A DNA stretch of 42,970 nt from a virus (IMGVR_UViG_3300020045_017019:1-42970); one strand, 5' to 3'; positions 1-10,134 are shown, numbered from the stretch's first letter. Notes: generated by a model from the letters alone, not told the origin. Translations and numbers: made by a program.

Positions 1-634
1 AAAAATCTAAAAATAAATGCTTGGCTGAAACATTTAAGGAATAGAGGCTATTTTCGGTAATTTCTTCGTTTACTGCAAAGATTTTTGATAGCAATTGCCC
101 ATTGGTATTTCTATAAAATACTTTTGCCTTTAGCCCTGTGGGGCTTGGGGTTAGGTTATTGAAGAAATAAATAACATCAGTATCGGTAAGCTCTGCTTGT
201 ACTATTTTTGGGCGAAGGCTTAGTACATCTTTCTGTGATGATAAATAGCCATGCCCTGTTTTGTAGTACTGAGTAATCGGTAGCTTGACATTGGCTACGG
301 CAAAACTTCCTAATGTTACTACAGTATCATCAGTGGCTAATTCATAAGCAATATCTACTTCTATATTCCAACCTGAGATTTTGGTAAAACCTAAATCTTC
401 TGAATCTGGCAGAGGAATTGTGCTAAAATAATCTTCAAGGGCTTTGTTGGCGGTGGCTTTGTAGGCTGTGCCGTTCCAGTCTGAAATGAGTGCTAATGGA
501 TTGATTAGCGTTGTGCCATCCTTTAGGCTGATTAATAGCCTGCCGATGTTTGCGGTTAGGCTTGTTAAATCTAAACCAAAGGGATGCCCCACTAGGTATG
601 TGGGGCTTTGGGTATATTTTGTGTTCTTTCTCAT
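1..634 (-). CDS. Partial tail-tip protein downstream of tape measure (runs off window start)
   Basis: Not in ORF track. ATG at 634 overlaps TMP stop (ATGA); frame open to position 1 (MRKNTKYTQSPTYLVGHPFGLDL...). Confidence 0.75.
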   Translation of the reverse strand, partial: MRKNTKYTQSPTYLVGHPFGLDLTSLTANIGRLLISLKDGTTLINPLALISDWNGTAYKATANKALEDYFSTIPLPDSEDLGFTKISGWNIEVDIAYELATDDTVVTLGSFAVANVKLPITQYYKTGHGYLSSQKDVLSLRPKIVQAELTDTDVIYFFNNLTPSPTGLKAKVFYRNTNGQLLSKIFAVNEEITENSLYSLNVSAKHLFLDF

Positions 635-3600
635 GATTCTACGAATGAATTTGCGTTTGATTTCTCGTATTTCTTACGTGAACGGTCTAAATCTCGGTGG
701 GTGTTATAATCCCAAACAATATCTGCTTTTAGGTTTTGGCTTGCTTCTGCCAACATCGTAGCACTTTCTACTATCATTTCGGCAGCCTTTAGGATGATAG
801 CACTGTCTGGGCTTTGGTTGACCGTACTTTGGTTATTGGTAACTGTACTTACGCTACTGATGGGTAAATCTGTACCACGGTTTAGGCTTTGAAGTATCGG
901 TTTGATGGCGGCGAACTTAGGGTTTGCCGTTGCACGGGCATTCAGCATAAATTCATTCGGGTGCGTAATTGATACTTTACCACCTTTGCCATCAATACCT
1001 GGGCCATCATACTTGTGGGTATCACCTCCATCATAATATTGCGGTACTTCTGTGCCTGCTATGGTGGCAATCTGTAAGGCTCCGACTATTCCCGCTGTGG
1101 CTGATAGTGCCGCTATGGTAATAGGGTCTTTACCAACGGCAAAGGCGTTGATGATGGCTTGGGCGGTTGTCATTACTGCTTGAGCGATACGTGCTACTTT
1201 ATCCGCCTGAGCTGCTTTGTTTTTTATTTCACGGGTTTTCTTATCATGCTCGGTTTCAAAGGCTGTCTTTTTACGGGTGTATTCTCGCTCAGAGATAATG
1301 CCTTTGTTTTTCTGGGCTTCTAGGTTGGCAATCTTTTTGTTAAAGAGGTTGTCTTCTCGTGTTAATTGATTTTGGTATTGTTGTGCTTGAAAATCAAAGA
1401 AGGCATTTGTTACTTGCGATATTTGGTTTGCCCAAATCTGCATCTTTTGAAACAATTCTTGCCTTGCATTTTCTTCAGCTTTTATTACCTCTGTTTTTTT
1501 ATCAATTTCGTTTACACGGTCTTTTTGGTCTTTTTGCTCACGGTCTAACAAAAATTTATCATGCAGTGCCAAGCGTAGTTTAGAAAAATTACGCTGAATA
1601 TCTAGCTTTTCTTCTTCGGTGGCACGAGCAAGGGCTATTTCTTCATTGGCTACGTTGAGGTTTACTTCTGCTTCAAAGATGGCTTGGAGGTTGCCTTTGG
1701 CTTTTGCCATTTCAAGCTCTGCCTCTAAACCTTCTTTGTGAAGTTCTAACTTACGGAGTAAAGCCTTTTTGTTAATTTCCTCAACCTCTTTTGCTATCTT
1801 TCCGTTGGTTTCTTTGTCGTTTTGAGCGACCGACCTCAACATATCGTCGTAGGCTTTTTCTCGCCAACGTAAGTATTCACTTTGGTCTAACTGATTTTTT
1901 CTGACAAGTGCTTTTTCGGCATCATCCTTTTTCTTGAAATCATAGCGAATTTGGGCTTCTCTTCGGTCTGATTCTTTTTGAATAGCATTGATGTCTATTT
2001 GCCCAAGTTCTTCTTGAAGTCGCTGTGCATTCTCTTTCCTTGCCTCAGCATCACGATCAGCTTGTGACTTCGCCTCTTTGCTTTTACCATCAATTATTGC
2101 CTGAGCATTGGCTTCATCATCTAATTCTTTTTGTGTTTTACCACTAGGATTTACTTTTGGATTGTTTTTAGGTGCAATGTTTACTACTTCGTTAAATTCA
2201 GCAGCTCGTTTTTTATTTTCAACAATTTGCTTATTGATGTCTTCTAATTTTTTTGATAAAATAGCCAGTTCGGGACCATAAACAGCATTAGAACCAGGAT
2301 TGTTTTTTACATAGTTTTGAAGTAGATTCATTCTATTCAATATACCCGCACGCTTACCGCCCAAACTGTTGGTTTCTTCGTTGATTGAAGAAACTGTTTG
2401 GTTTTTCATCAATTCGTTAGCTTCCTTTTGTCGGCGGATAAATTCATTGATAATCCCAACGTTTACAGAAATAGCATTCCCGAATTTATCATACTCAGTA
2501 ACCGCACCCGGTACTACATCCCGAATACTGTTGATAACTTTGTTTAACTCTTTCTGAGACTCAGCACTGATATTCTGTTTACTACTGAGTTCGGTGTATT
2601 TGGTAACTAAATCATTCAGTTTGCCTTCGTTAGCTTTACTTTCCTTTGATTGTTTATTGAAAATCTGAGCAAGTTTTTCAGATTTGGTAGAGGTATCAAC
2701 TATTTTCATGCCAAGCTCTGCCAAGCCACCCGCTAAGTTTTTAAGTTGCTCTACAATCTTTGAATTAGTGATGGCATTGCCAATTTTAGCAAAAGCCCTC
2801 TGCATTTTACCTGCTAGGTTCTCGTTCTTTTCTGCATAGATTTCAGTAAGGCGTGAACCTTCCTGAAAATATTGATTCGCCTTTGCCTGCGAAGCCGTTA
2901 CTTCATCAATCTTTTTATTAAGCGTACCCAACACTTTAGAAACTTCTTGAGAATCGTTACCAAGTGCTTTTAATACTTGGGCATGCTGAGTTCCCGACAG
3001 GGCTTTCAAACGTTGGGCTAGTTGTAAAAGAAATTCATTCGGATTGGCGTTAATGAAATCTTCAAAAGCCTTTTTGCTCATCCCGAAAAACTTAGATAGC
3101 ATTTCGGTATTTTTGAAGGCGTTGCTCAGTACAGACTGCACGCCTGATGCTGCAATTTCAGAGGTAAAACCCGATTGCTCCAAAACAGCACCCAAGCCCA
3201 ATACTTGGGTAATGGTTGGGCGGATTTTTTCATCTAAAGCACCTAAACGCAAAGTAAAGTCGGATGCCCATTTGGCGGTTGCAATGCCATCATCCGCTAA
3301 ACCTTTGATAGACGAACCTATGGCACGGACGGATTCAGGGAATTCTAAATCTTTAGTATCCTTAAAGAGTCCTTTTATTTTGGTGAAACTGTTTGTGATT
3401 TGCTCAGAACCTTCGGGAAAGTCCTTTTTCATAGCAATGGTAGCCTCTGCAATTGCTTGGGTATATGCTACTACCTGACTGGTAGGTACACCAAGGTTGG
3501 CGGCTTCGATGCCTATCGACCGCCTTTCGGTTTGGTCTAATCTATTATCAAGCTTGGCTATTTGGGCATCTAAAGCTATGGCTTCTTCGGTAGTGCCTTT

Positions 3601-4251
3601 AATGGCGATTTTTAGGTTAGAAATTCCGTCGGCACGTTCGTCTATCCCTTCTACTTTTTCAGTTACTTTGCCAATAGTTTTGAAAAGCATATCCGCCGCA
3701 AAGTTGGCAGCCATAAAGCCCGCCGAAAGCCCTACGCCTGTGGCTAACGAACCTAAAGCACTACTTTTGGCAGAAGAAAACACACCGATAGCATCTTTGC
3801 GGTCTTTGTTCCGAAGGTTGCGTTCGGTTTCAGCTTTGCCCAATTTATCCAGAGCCAACATGTATTCTTCTGAACCACGTTTGGCTTTGTTGAAGGCTGT
3901 ATTTTGCTCAGAAATGTAGCGGTTAAGTTCACGCATAGACAAACCTGCAAGCCCTAATTTGCTTACCTGAAAATCTATGGCTTTGTTATAATTCTGAACT
4001 TTATCGGTTAGCTGAGTATATTGGTTGATGGCATCATGGTATTTTTTGTGTGCCTCTACCCATTTGGCATTGCCAGCGTTTCGGTCGGCAATGGTGAATT
4101 TTTCTAAAGCCTTACTGGCTTTGTCGGCTTGTTTCCTGAAAATATCGGCTTCTTTCGATAGCCCTTGCATTTCTAACTGAAGCTTGGAAATCTCACGGAT
4201 ACCTTTCAGCGTATCTACATCAATAGATATTTGTACTTTATTATTATTCAT
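631..4251 (-). CDS. Tail tape measure protein
   Basis: 1206 aa, Ala/Lys-rich helical and coiled-coil segments, hydrophobic patches, TP901-like core, C-terminal GG..HPNEF motif, position after tail genes. Confidence 0.93.
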   Translation of the reverse strand: MNNNKVQISIDVDTLKGIREISKLQLEMQGLSKEADIFRKQADKASKALEKFTIADRNAGNAKWVEAHKKYHDAINQYTQLTDKVQNYNKAIDFQVSKLGLAGLSMRELNRYISEQNTAFNKAKRGSEEYMLALDKLGKAETERNLRNKDRKDAIGVFSSAKSSALGSLATGVGLSAGFMAANFAADMLFKTIGKVTEKVEGIDERADGISNLKIAIKGTTEEAIALDAQIAKLDNRLDQTERRSIGIEAANLGVPTSQVVAYTQAIAEATIAMKKDFPEGSEQITNSFTKIKGLFKDTKDLEFPESVRAIGSSIKGLADDGIATAKWASDFTLRLGALDEKIRPTITQVLGLGAVLEQSGFTSEIAASGVQSVLSNAFKNTEMLSKFFGMSKKAFEDFINANPNEFLLQLAQRLKALSGTQHAQVLKALGNDSQEVSKVLGTLNKKIDEVTASQAKANQYFQEGSRLTEIYAEKNENLAGKMQRAFAKIGNAITNSKIVEQLKNLAGGLAELGMKIVDTSTKSEKLAQIFNKQSKESKANEGKLNDLVTKYTELSSKQNISAESQKELNKVINSIRDVVPGAVTEYDKFGNAISVNVGIINEFIRRQKEANELMKNQTVSSINEETNSLGGKRAGILNRMNLLQNYVKNNPGSNAVYGPELAILSKKLEDINKQIVENKKRAAEFNEVVNIAPKNNPKVNPSGKTQKELDDEANAQAIIDGKSKEAKSQADRDAEARKENAQRLQEELGQIDINAIQKESDRREAQIRYDFKKKDDAEKALVRKNQLDQSEYLRWREKAYDDMLRSVAQNDKETNGKIAKEVEEINKKALLRKLELHKEGLEAELEMAKAKGNLQAIFEAEVNLNVANEEIALARATEEEKLDIQRNFSKLRLALHDKFLLDREQKDQKDRVNEIDKKTEVIKAEENARQELFQKMQIWANQISQVTNAFFDFQAQQYQNQLTREDNLFNKKIANLEAQKNKGIISEREYTRKKTAFETEHDKKTREIKNKAAQADKVARIAQAVMTTAQAIINAFAVGKDPITIAALSATAGIVGALQIATIAGTEVPQYYDGGDTHKYDGPGIDGKGGKVSITHPNEFMLNARATANPKFAAIKPILQSLNRGTDLPISSVSTVTNNQSTVNQSPDSAIILKAAEMIVESATMLAEASQNLKADIVWDYNTHRDLDRSRKKYEKSNANSFVES

Positions 4252-4252
4252 G

Positions 4253-4672
4253 TCAGAATCTGGTTGGCTGTTTCAGTAGGTTATCGATGGCTTTTTCGGT
4301 AATGGCAGTGGCTACTACATCGCCAAGGCGTGCTATTTGTTTATAGATTGGCTTATTGAATACTATTTTCTTTACACGGGGTTTGGCGTTGGCTCCTTCG
4401 TTCAGGCGTTTGCGGTAGGCGTATTGGCTGGTACGTTTGCCTTTGTGCCAACCTCTACCAGCCCCCATATCTATAAATCTGAGGGCATCACGAGTAGAAA
4501 TTTCTATACCTACATTACTGAGGGTTTTACGAAGTACGGTAACAGTAATGTTTCGCTTGGTTCTGTCGCTAATGATTACGCCACGCTTGATAAGGGCAGC
4601 ACCCACGATTCTTTCGAGAGATTCCGCCCAGGCTTTTACATAATCATAAACTTCTTCATAGTTTGCATCCAT
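4253..4672 (-). CDS. Putative tail completion/neck protein
   Basis: Basic about 139 aa protein with RFIDMGAGRG motif, just upstream of TMP; ATG at 4672 preferred over TTG at 4678. Confidence 0.55.
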   Translation of the reverse strand: MDANYEEVYDYVKAWAESLERIVGAALIKRGVIISDRTKRNITVTVLRKTLSNVGIEISTRDALRFIDMGAGRGWHKGKRTSQYAYRKRLNEGANAKPRVKKIVFNKPIYKQIARLGDVVATAITEKAIDNLLKQPTRF

Positions 4673-4675
4673 ACC

Positions 4676-4712
4676 CAAAGATGGGCGATAGGGTAGTTTT
4701 TAAAAAGGACAA
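4676..4712 (-). promoter_or_regulatory. Putative late promoter 1 (TTGTCC-N23-CATCTTTG)
   Basis: Same motif and spacing as four other sites; ATG 3 nt downstream. Confidence 0.75.
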
Positions 4713-4796
4713 GAAACCTGTGGAGTTTTGAGTTTTGAATGATGAGTGAGGAGTATTTTTTGTATATTTAATACGAAAACTTACTATGTTAAACCA

Positions 4797-4892
4797 ATGA
4801 AAAGAAGAAAAACTAAATGGCAATACTTTTGCCAACATACACGAATTATTGTAGAATCGTTTATTAGGTTGATTTTTCCGATAGGTCAATAA
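4797..4892 (+). CDS. 31-aa small ORF (MKRRKTKWQYFCQHTRIIVESFIRLIFPIGQ)
   Basis: ATG after A-rich leader, TATATTTA box at 4763-4770, stop abuts bidirectional terminator. Confidence 0.45.
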   Translation: MKRRKTKWQYFCQHTRIIVESFIRLIFPIGQ

Positions 4893-4925
4893 AAAAGCCA
4901 AACCTCATAAAGGTTTGGCTTTTTG
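4891..4925. terminator. Bidirectional intrinsic terminator
   Basis: AAAAAAGCCAAACCT-cataa-AGGTTTGGCTTTTTT. Confidence 0.85.
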
Positions 4926-4946
4926 CATTATTAACTAAATAAATAA

Positions 4947-5447
4947 TCAAGTGGTCCAATGGCTGGGGTTGATGGTGGTGCTACGGTTGTGGGGTTTGAT
5001 GTACTTAAACTCGCAACCGTAACCTATGCAGTCGTCAAAGGCTGCGTTAATTTCGTAATATTCTACGATGTCGTCCTGCAATTCTCCTAAAGGAAAAGTA
5101 CGGGCATGGGCTTGGTTTTGGATGTATGCCATTATTTCCTCACACAATGCCAAGGCTTCGTCTTTAATGCTTACTTCATCCAAATCATTTCTAGCTTTTT
5201 CCTTCACAATTTCAAAAGCTACCTTAAACTGGCTTTGGTATTGGCGGGTATTGGTTTTGATAAGTTTTAAATCAAAACTCAGGAGCGTCATGCAAAACTC
5301 GCTAAGGTTTAAATCTTTCCGCACGCCTGCTATTACTTCATCTTGGCTGAGGGATGCAAAACGGGCTTGTTCTTCGCTATGCCCTATGGGTGCAAAGATG
5401 GTAGCGATGTTACGGAAATAATCTTCGTAGGCTTTTATGTGGCTCAT
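4947..5447 (-). CDS. Putative tail terminator-like structural protein
   Basis: 166 aa, acidic, overlaps upstream gene (ATGA), synteny. Confidence 0.45.
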   Translation of the reverse strand: MSHIKAYEDYFRNIATIFAPIGHSEEQARFASLSQDEVIAGVRKDLNLSEFCMTLLSFDLKLIKTNTRQYQSQFKVAFEIVKEKARNDLDEVSIKDEALALCEEIMAYIQNQAHARTFPLGELQDDIVEYYEINAAFDDCIGYGCEFKYIKPHNRSTTINPSHWTT

Positions 5448-6226
5448 TTCTTTTGGTAGAGCTTTTGAAGCTCGTTGTTTTTTTCGATGTTGCGTTCTAC
5501 AAATTCTAAAGTAGTGTATAGGTTGGTTTTGTACTGTTCGGCTTTGCGGTCGGGCGTTACGGCGAAATCTATCATTACTTTATTGAATGCTTCCCGCATT
5601 TCTTTGATGTTTTTTAGCTTTATGCCCTTGCCTGTTTCTTCTTTGGCTTTGGGGAATACTAAAGGGAAACGCTTTGTGACATAATCACGAGAACCCGCAT
5701 AATATTCGTAAACAATCGCCAAGGCTTCTTGGCTTACAAACTTGGCTATTTCTTGCGTTCTTTTTGGCACAATGGCATTATCATACTCGGTTTCGGTATC
5801 GTACAGGTACAATACTGCTGTTAGTTGGTGTAAGAATTTAATATCCTTGGTTTGGGTATAAAGCCAAAAGGCTTCGTCGGCTTCTACAAATCTTCCAAAC
5901 CATACATCGCTCAAATAGTCTTTTGTGCCTATCAAGATATTATTCCCTATCAAAAGTTTTGGTAGTTTGTTCAATACCAATGGCTTGGCGGTTAGCCTCA
6001 TTATCCGCTGAACTTCCAAGGCTGTTTTGGCTAGTTCGGCATTGGGGATGGCTTTTACTAAATCTGGGAATTCCTGTAAAAAATACAATAACCACAACGA
6101 CGCAAACTTGCCTTTTGTAAGCTTTTGCTGGAGCAAACCAAAATAAAATTCAATTTGCTTCGCTGTAAACTTATTAAAATTTTCAGGGAGATTGAAGGTT
6201 TGAGTATTGATGGTGATTGTTATCAT
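5444..6226 (-). CDS. Morphogenesis protein, possibly tail assembly chaperone
   Basis: 260 aa helical protein in head-tail region; function from synteny only. Confidence 0.4.
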   Translation of the reverse strand: MITITINTQTFNLPENFNKFTAKQIEFYFGLLQQKLTKGKFASLWLLYFLQEFPDLVKAIPNAELAKTALEVQRIMRLTAKPLVLNKLPKLLIGNNILIGTKDYLSDVWFGRFVEADEAFWLYTQTKDIKFLHQLTAVLYLYDTETEYDNAIVPKRTQEIAKFVSQEALAIVYEYYAGSRDYVTKRFPLVFPKAKEETGKGIKLKNIKEMREAFNKVMIDFAVTPDRKAEQYKTNLYTTLEFVERNIEKNNELQKLYQKK

Positions 6227-6262
6227 TTATTTAGTTGTAAATTAGTGAGTTAGTGATTTAGT
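6227..6262 (+). repeat. TTAGTGA-type short tandem repeat
   Basis: ttagttgtaaattagtgagttagtgatttagtg at gene junction. Confidence 0.75.
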
Positions 6263-6593
6263 GGTTGTCGTACATGAATTCCCAATCAATATAAAGAGTC
6301 TCTCGCTTAGATGAAAACTTTACGAATTCTGTTTGCATCCATTTTTTTTGGGTATCGTTCAATGCAAAATAGAAGTTATCTTTTCGTACCATTGAAAAAT
6401 AACCTCTTTCAAGATATTCTAGCATTAATTGATTTACTTCTTCTGTATCTTTTACATCAGTAGTACCAAGCATACCTTGTGCATTAGCAATATGCAAACC
6501 TTCATCTTCATCAGAAGTACAAAATAATTTAAAACCTAAAGAGGTAAAAGCCTCTTGAATTTCCCTGATTAAATCAATGCTACAATGTGTCAT
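6258..6593 (-). CDS. Hypothetical accessory protein (111 aa)
   Basis: AT-rich ORF with A-rich start, inserted among structural genes. Confidence 0.7.
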   Translation of the reverse strand: MTHCSIDLIREIQEAFTSLGFKLFCTSDEDEGLHIANAQGMLGTTDVKDTEEVNQLMLEYLERGYFSMVRKDNFYFALNDTQKKWMQTEFVKFSSKRETLYIDWEFMYDNH

Positions 6594-6611
6594 ATTTATT
6601 TGGTGATCGAG

Positions 6612-6827
6612 TTAAGATTCAGCAATTTTATTTGTAAAATCATTTAGGTTATTAACAGTTTTACGAAATTCAGTGCAAAGCAAATTGGCAATTCTATCTA
6701 AATCAGTACAAGAAGAAGGACTTTCTACCAATTCATTTTCCTCTTTAATTTCTTTAAAGTTTTTTTGTAAATATGCTTTAACAGCATTGTCAACACTATT
6801 TTCTTCTTGTTTTAGATTATTGTTCAT
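6612..6827 (-). CDS. Hypothetical accessory protein (71 aa)
   Basis: ORF with ctaaataatcATG start context. Confidence 0.6.
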   Translation of the reverse strand: MNNNLKQEENSVDNAVKAYLQKNFKEIKEENELVESPSSCTDLDRIANLLCTEFRKTVNNLNDFTNKIAES

Positions 6828-6839
6828 GATTATTTAGTT

Positions 6840-7067
6840 TTAGTCTGTGTCCCTAAAATAGGTAAACAATATTACATTAATACGGCTATTAAACTTTTGG
6901 CATTTATTGATCATTCTTACTTCAAAGCTAAAGTCTTGATTTTTTCCGCCTTTATTGAATTTTTCTAAATATTTACTATGCCAATAGTCTGAATAATGCT
7001 CTAATTTAGCTTGAAGCTTTAAAAGTTTAAGCTTATATTCTTTGCTGTATTTTTTATCTATTGTCAT
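6840..7067 (-). CDS. Hypothetical basic accessory protein (75 aa)
   Basis: ORF tiling with neighbours. Confidence 0.6.
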   Translation of the reverse strand: MTIDKKYSKEYKLKLLKLQAKLEHYSDYWHSKYLEKFNKGGKNQDFSFEVRMINKCQKFNSRINVILFTYFRDTD

Positions 7068-7069
7068 AG

Positions 7070-7093
7070 TCTTGCCTCTTGCTTCTTGCTTCT
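7070..7093 (+). repeat. TCTTGCY heptamer tandem repeat
   Basis: tcttgcc-tcttgct-tcttgct-tct at the edge of the accessory cluster. Confidence 0.65.
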
Positions 7094-7096
7094 AAA

Positions 7097-8035
7097 CTAA
7101 AAAAACTTCGTCCCGCCTCCTTCTTCGTTTCTGAATGGTTTTGAAACCACTATCGGTACTTCTGGAATGGTATAGCCTAAATCAGTGGCGTTGGCTTTGA
7201 TGAAACTTGCCATTAGTACTAATCTGTTGATGGCGGTATGCTCCAAATCATCTTTATAGAGTGCCAGTTTGGTTGTGGATGCCTCACGGTATCCTTTTGA
7301 TTGGTTTGCCGAAGAATTATCAAAAACACTGATGGTATTATTATTAAATATTACCGAAAGTGATGATAAACCTTTTGACAAAGCTTTGTTAGCTATCACT
7401 GGGCGGATGTATTTTTCTAGTAATTCTTTGTGTTTCGTGCTGTAATTTCCGCTACGTAAAGTTACTAAAATTTCAGCAGGAACGGCGTTTTCTATCGTCT
7501 CTATTTCCACATCTTCTATGTACGGAACCAGTGCCAAAAATACCGTTCTTGAACCTGAGATTATCTTGAATTCGTCGGCTGTGCGGATTAATAGCTTTTT
7601 GAATTCTGTGAAAGAAGATGAAGCCGTCCAAGCCGTAAAAGTACTTTTGTTGGCTTCTAAAAAGCGTAGCATATCGTCGATAGCACGAAAGCCTTTGTCT
7701 AAGAAAGACGCTTGCAAGTCTGCCTTGTCTTCGGGTGTGGCTTGTTTGTTTCTATCAACGGTATAACTAATACCTCCGTTTGATATTTGGATTTTGCCTT
7801 GTGGCATATAATTACCCATACCAATATTAGCGGCTGCTATGCGTACTAATTTGATAAGGCGAAGGTGTATTTCGGATGTGCTATCAATACTAGCATCGTA
7901 CTGGGCTTGGCTAAGGTATGGGATGATGTAACGCTCTAAAGCGGATTCTACATCCGACTGAACGTTAGCATACGTAAAGCCAACGTTTACGGGAATAGTT
8001 GCTTTGAAGGTAATATCGTTGAATAGAGATACCAT
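7097..8035 (-). CDS. Putative head-tail adaptor (DUF6712-like)
   Basis: 312 aa with internal two-domain pattern (ERYIIPYL / EIETIENAV), downstream of portal. Confidence 0.6.
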   Translation of the reverse strand: MVSLFNDITFKATIPVNVGFTYANVQSDVESALERYIIPYLSQAQYDASIDSTSEIHLRLIKLVRIAAANIGMGNYMPQGKIQISNGGISYTVDRNKQATPEDKADLQASFLDKGFRAIDDMLRFLEANKSTFTAWTASSSFTEFKKLLIRTADEFKIISGSRTVFLALVPYIEDVEIETIENAVPAEILVTLRSGNYSTKHKELLEKYIRPVIANKALSKGLSSLSVIFNNNTISVFDNSSANQSKGYREASTTKLALYKDDLEHTAINRLVLMASFIKANATDLGYTIPEVPIVVSKPFRNEEGGGTKFF

Positions 8036-8046
8036 GATTTAATAAT

Positions 8047-8325
8047 TTACAATGCGTTGAACTCCGTATTTAATGAAAAAAGCTTGTTTTTGATATGCTC
8101 TTTTTGGCTTAATAAAAATTTAATAAAAAGATTTTTATCAAAGGCAATTTCACTAAGGGCTTTACAACCATAACCATCATCATGAATGATAACTGAATCA
8201 TAAGAATAGTCGAATAACTCTTTTTTCTCAAATTCAATTAAGTTGTCAATATGTTGTAATTGATTGTTATTCCAATCAAGCTTTTCTTTCAATTCATTGC
8301 CTTTTTTCAATTCATCATTTGTCAT
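8047..8325 (-). CDS. Hypothetical accessory protein (92 aa)
   Basis: AT-rich ORF between portal and adaptor. Confidence 0.65.
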   Translation of the reverse strand: MTNDELKKGNELKEKLDWNNNQLQHIDNLIEFEKKELFDYSYDSVIIHDDGYGCKALSEIAFDKNLFIKFLLSQKEHIKNKLFSLNTEFNAL

Positions 8326-8340
8326 GGTATTATTATTTAG

Positions 8341-9708
8341 TTATTGTGGCAAAACGGTTTCACGCTGGCTTGGCGTTACTTGGTTTTGGGTTTGAAGCGT
8401 TGGAGTAATAATTCTTAGTTTAAGTTTTTGCCCTTGTGGCCCCGAAAATCCATTGTACTTAAAGCACCAATAGAACGGACTCAATATTGCCGATACATGG
8501 CGGGTGGCTGTAGCCATGTGGATATTGAAGGCTTCACGTTTATCTGAACCACTACCCGCACCCATGCCCGATTTATTAGCACCTTGTAGGGTAGGGTCTA
8601 TACCAACGGCACGCTGAATGTGGAGCGTAGCACGGTCGTCTAGTTCTAAATATCCTTTTTCAAAAACGGAGCCTTTTAGTTCTGTAATTGTCCAACCTGA
8701 AAGCTCTTTTTGAAGAATTTTGTCAATCATTTTCATCGTCATGATGTTATTGCCAGTGTTCTTCACGCCGTGCATCATGTCGTTAAAATGCTTTAGCTCC
8801 TCCCCAAAGATTGTGTTAATCTCATTTTCATCGGCTTTTTCCCACCGTCCTTTATATTTTTCTGCCAAATATTCACGATGTACCTCAATATGGTATTTGG
8901 GTGACATTTGGTTTTTTTGAAGATAGGTATAAAACAGCGGTACTTGGTTCCCATTATCCAGCCAACCACTACTTTTTACAGCATAAGCTGGGGCTAATGG
9001 ATAATAAGTGCGGTGTGTGGCGATGGGTGTTTTATAGAAGTATTGATTAATGCTTTTCTCGTTCTTAATCAATTCAGCATCATCTAAAGTAGGGTCTATC
9101 AACCAACGTACTTTGGTATTTACGTCGCTATCTGTTCCTGCATAATTATGCCAGTTTCTTGAATAATAGGCTTTTTGGATAAAACCTTTTTCATCCTGCA
9201 AACCAAAACGAAAATGCACTGCACAGAGATAAGACAGGAAGGCTCTTGAACGATCGTTGGTAAGAAGGATTTCCGTAACTGGTAGTCTGAATTTTACGTA
9301 ATCTATAATTCGTTGCTCGAAGGCGAGCATCGTTTTTTCGTCATCCAACCAATCTTGTATTTCGGGTGTGATGTATGGTGCAAATTCTTTTTTGCCGTCT
9401 TGGTAGTCTTCATAGCCTACTTCTATGCCACCCGCATAGATGCGGTCAACTTCTTTTTCGATGGCATCACGAAGCGTGTCGTTTTCTTCGATTGCCTTTT
9501 CCCATTCGTAGGGAAAAAGGTTATTATCCCCCCAAAGGGCTATTTTGGAATGATACGATAGGTTTAATTCTTTTGATTCTGTAGGCGTTGGGGCATCTTG
9601 GGCTATACTGCCTTTACTGCCTGCTATAGATACAATAGCGTTTGCCAGTGGGATATATGCCACCGAATTAATGCCTTTATAGCTTGTTTTTACGTCTTCG
9701 CCTACCAT
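8341..9708 (-). CDS. Portal protein
   Basis: 455 aa; WGDNNLFP and GIDPTLQG..GSGSDKREA motifs typical of Bacteroidota phage portals; near terminase. Confidence 0.85.
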   Translation of the reverse strand: MVGEDVKTSYKGINSVAYIPLANAIVSIAGSKGSIAQDAPTPTESKELNLSYHSKIALWGDNNLFPYEWEKAIEENDTLRDAIEKEVDRIYAGGIEVGYEDYQDGKKEFAPYITPEIQDWLDDEKTMLAFEQRIIDYVKFRLPVTEILLTNDRSRAFLSYLCAVHFRFGLQDEKGFIQKAYYSRNWHNYAGTDSDVNTKVRWLIDPTLDDAELIKNEKSINQYFYKTPIATHRTYYPLAPAYAVKSSGWLDNGNQVPLFYTYLQKNQMSPKYHIEVHREYLAEKYKGRWEKADENEINTIFGEELKHFNDMMHGVKNTGNNIMTMKMIDKILQKELSGWTITELKGSVFEKGYLELDDRATLHIQRAVGIDPTLQGANKSGMGAGSGSDKREAFNIHMATATRHVSAILSPFYWCFKYNGFSGPQGQKLKLRIITPTLQTQNQVTPSQRETVLPQ

Positions 9709-10085
9709 TCTACTTTTTTATTGTTAAAGGTTTGTATCAAACGGTAATGAATGCTCATCCGTTCGCCTGTTGGTTTGTATTTGTTGCTTAACTCATCTTT
9801 CCCCATTAGGGCAATAACCGTGGTTTGTTCTGTGGCGTGTTTTTCTACCAAAGCAGATACTCCTGCGGTTATGCCTACGTTGGGTTTCATCCTTACTTTA
9901 TTGCCGTATTTTTGGGCATTCATAAGGGAGTGGTTTTTTACTGCTCGTTCAATTTTGATTAATTCACCACCTGTGCCTTTGCTTTTATTACACGACCAAA
10001 CCTCTAAGCAAAAACCTACTGGATAACCGTAAGGGTCTTTACTATCGATGATTGAGCGTACTTCTGAAAGGCTGATAGTTTCCAA
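9702..10085 (-). CDS. Conserved hypothetical protein upstream of portal
   Basis: 127 aa, C-terminal IHYRLIQTFNN motif, overlaps portal start. Confidence 0.65.
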   Translation of the reverse strand: METISLSEVRSIIDSKDPYGYPVGFCLEVWSCNKSKGTGGELIKIERAVKNHSLMNAQKYGNKVRMKPNVGITAGVSALVEKHATEQTTVIALMGKDELSNKYKPTGERMSIHYRLIQTFNNKKVEW

Positions 10086-10090
10086 GTATA

Positions 10091-10123
10091 TTGAGTGATT
10101 TAGTGAATTGTGATTGAGTGATT
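10091..10123 (+). repeat. TTAGTGA/TTGTGA tandem repeat, left arm of inverted pair
   Basis: ttgagtgatttagtgaattgtgattgagtgatt. Confidence 0.8.
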
Positions 10124-10134
10124 ACTTATGATGG

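Noticed and set aside
4253-6226. Programmed frameshift for tail chaperone
   Set aside because: ORFs have their own coupled starts; no convincing slippery site linking frames found
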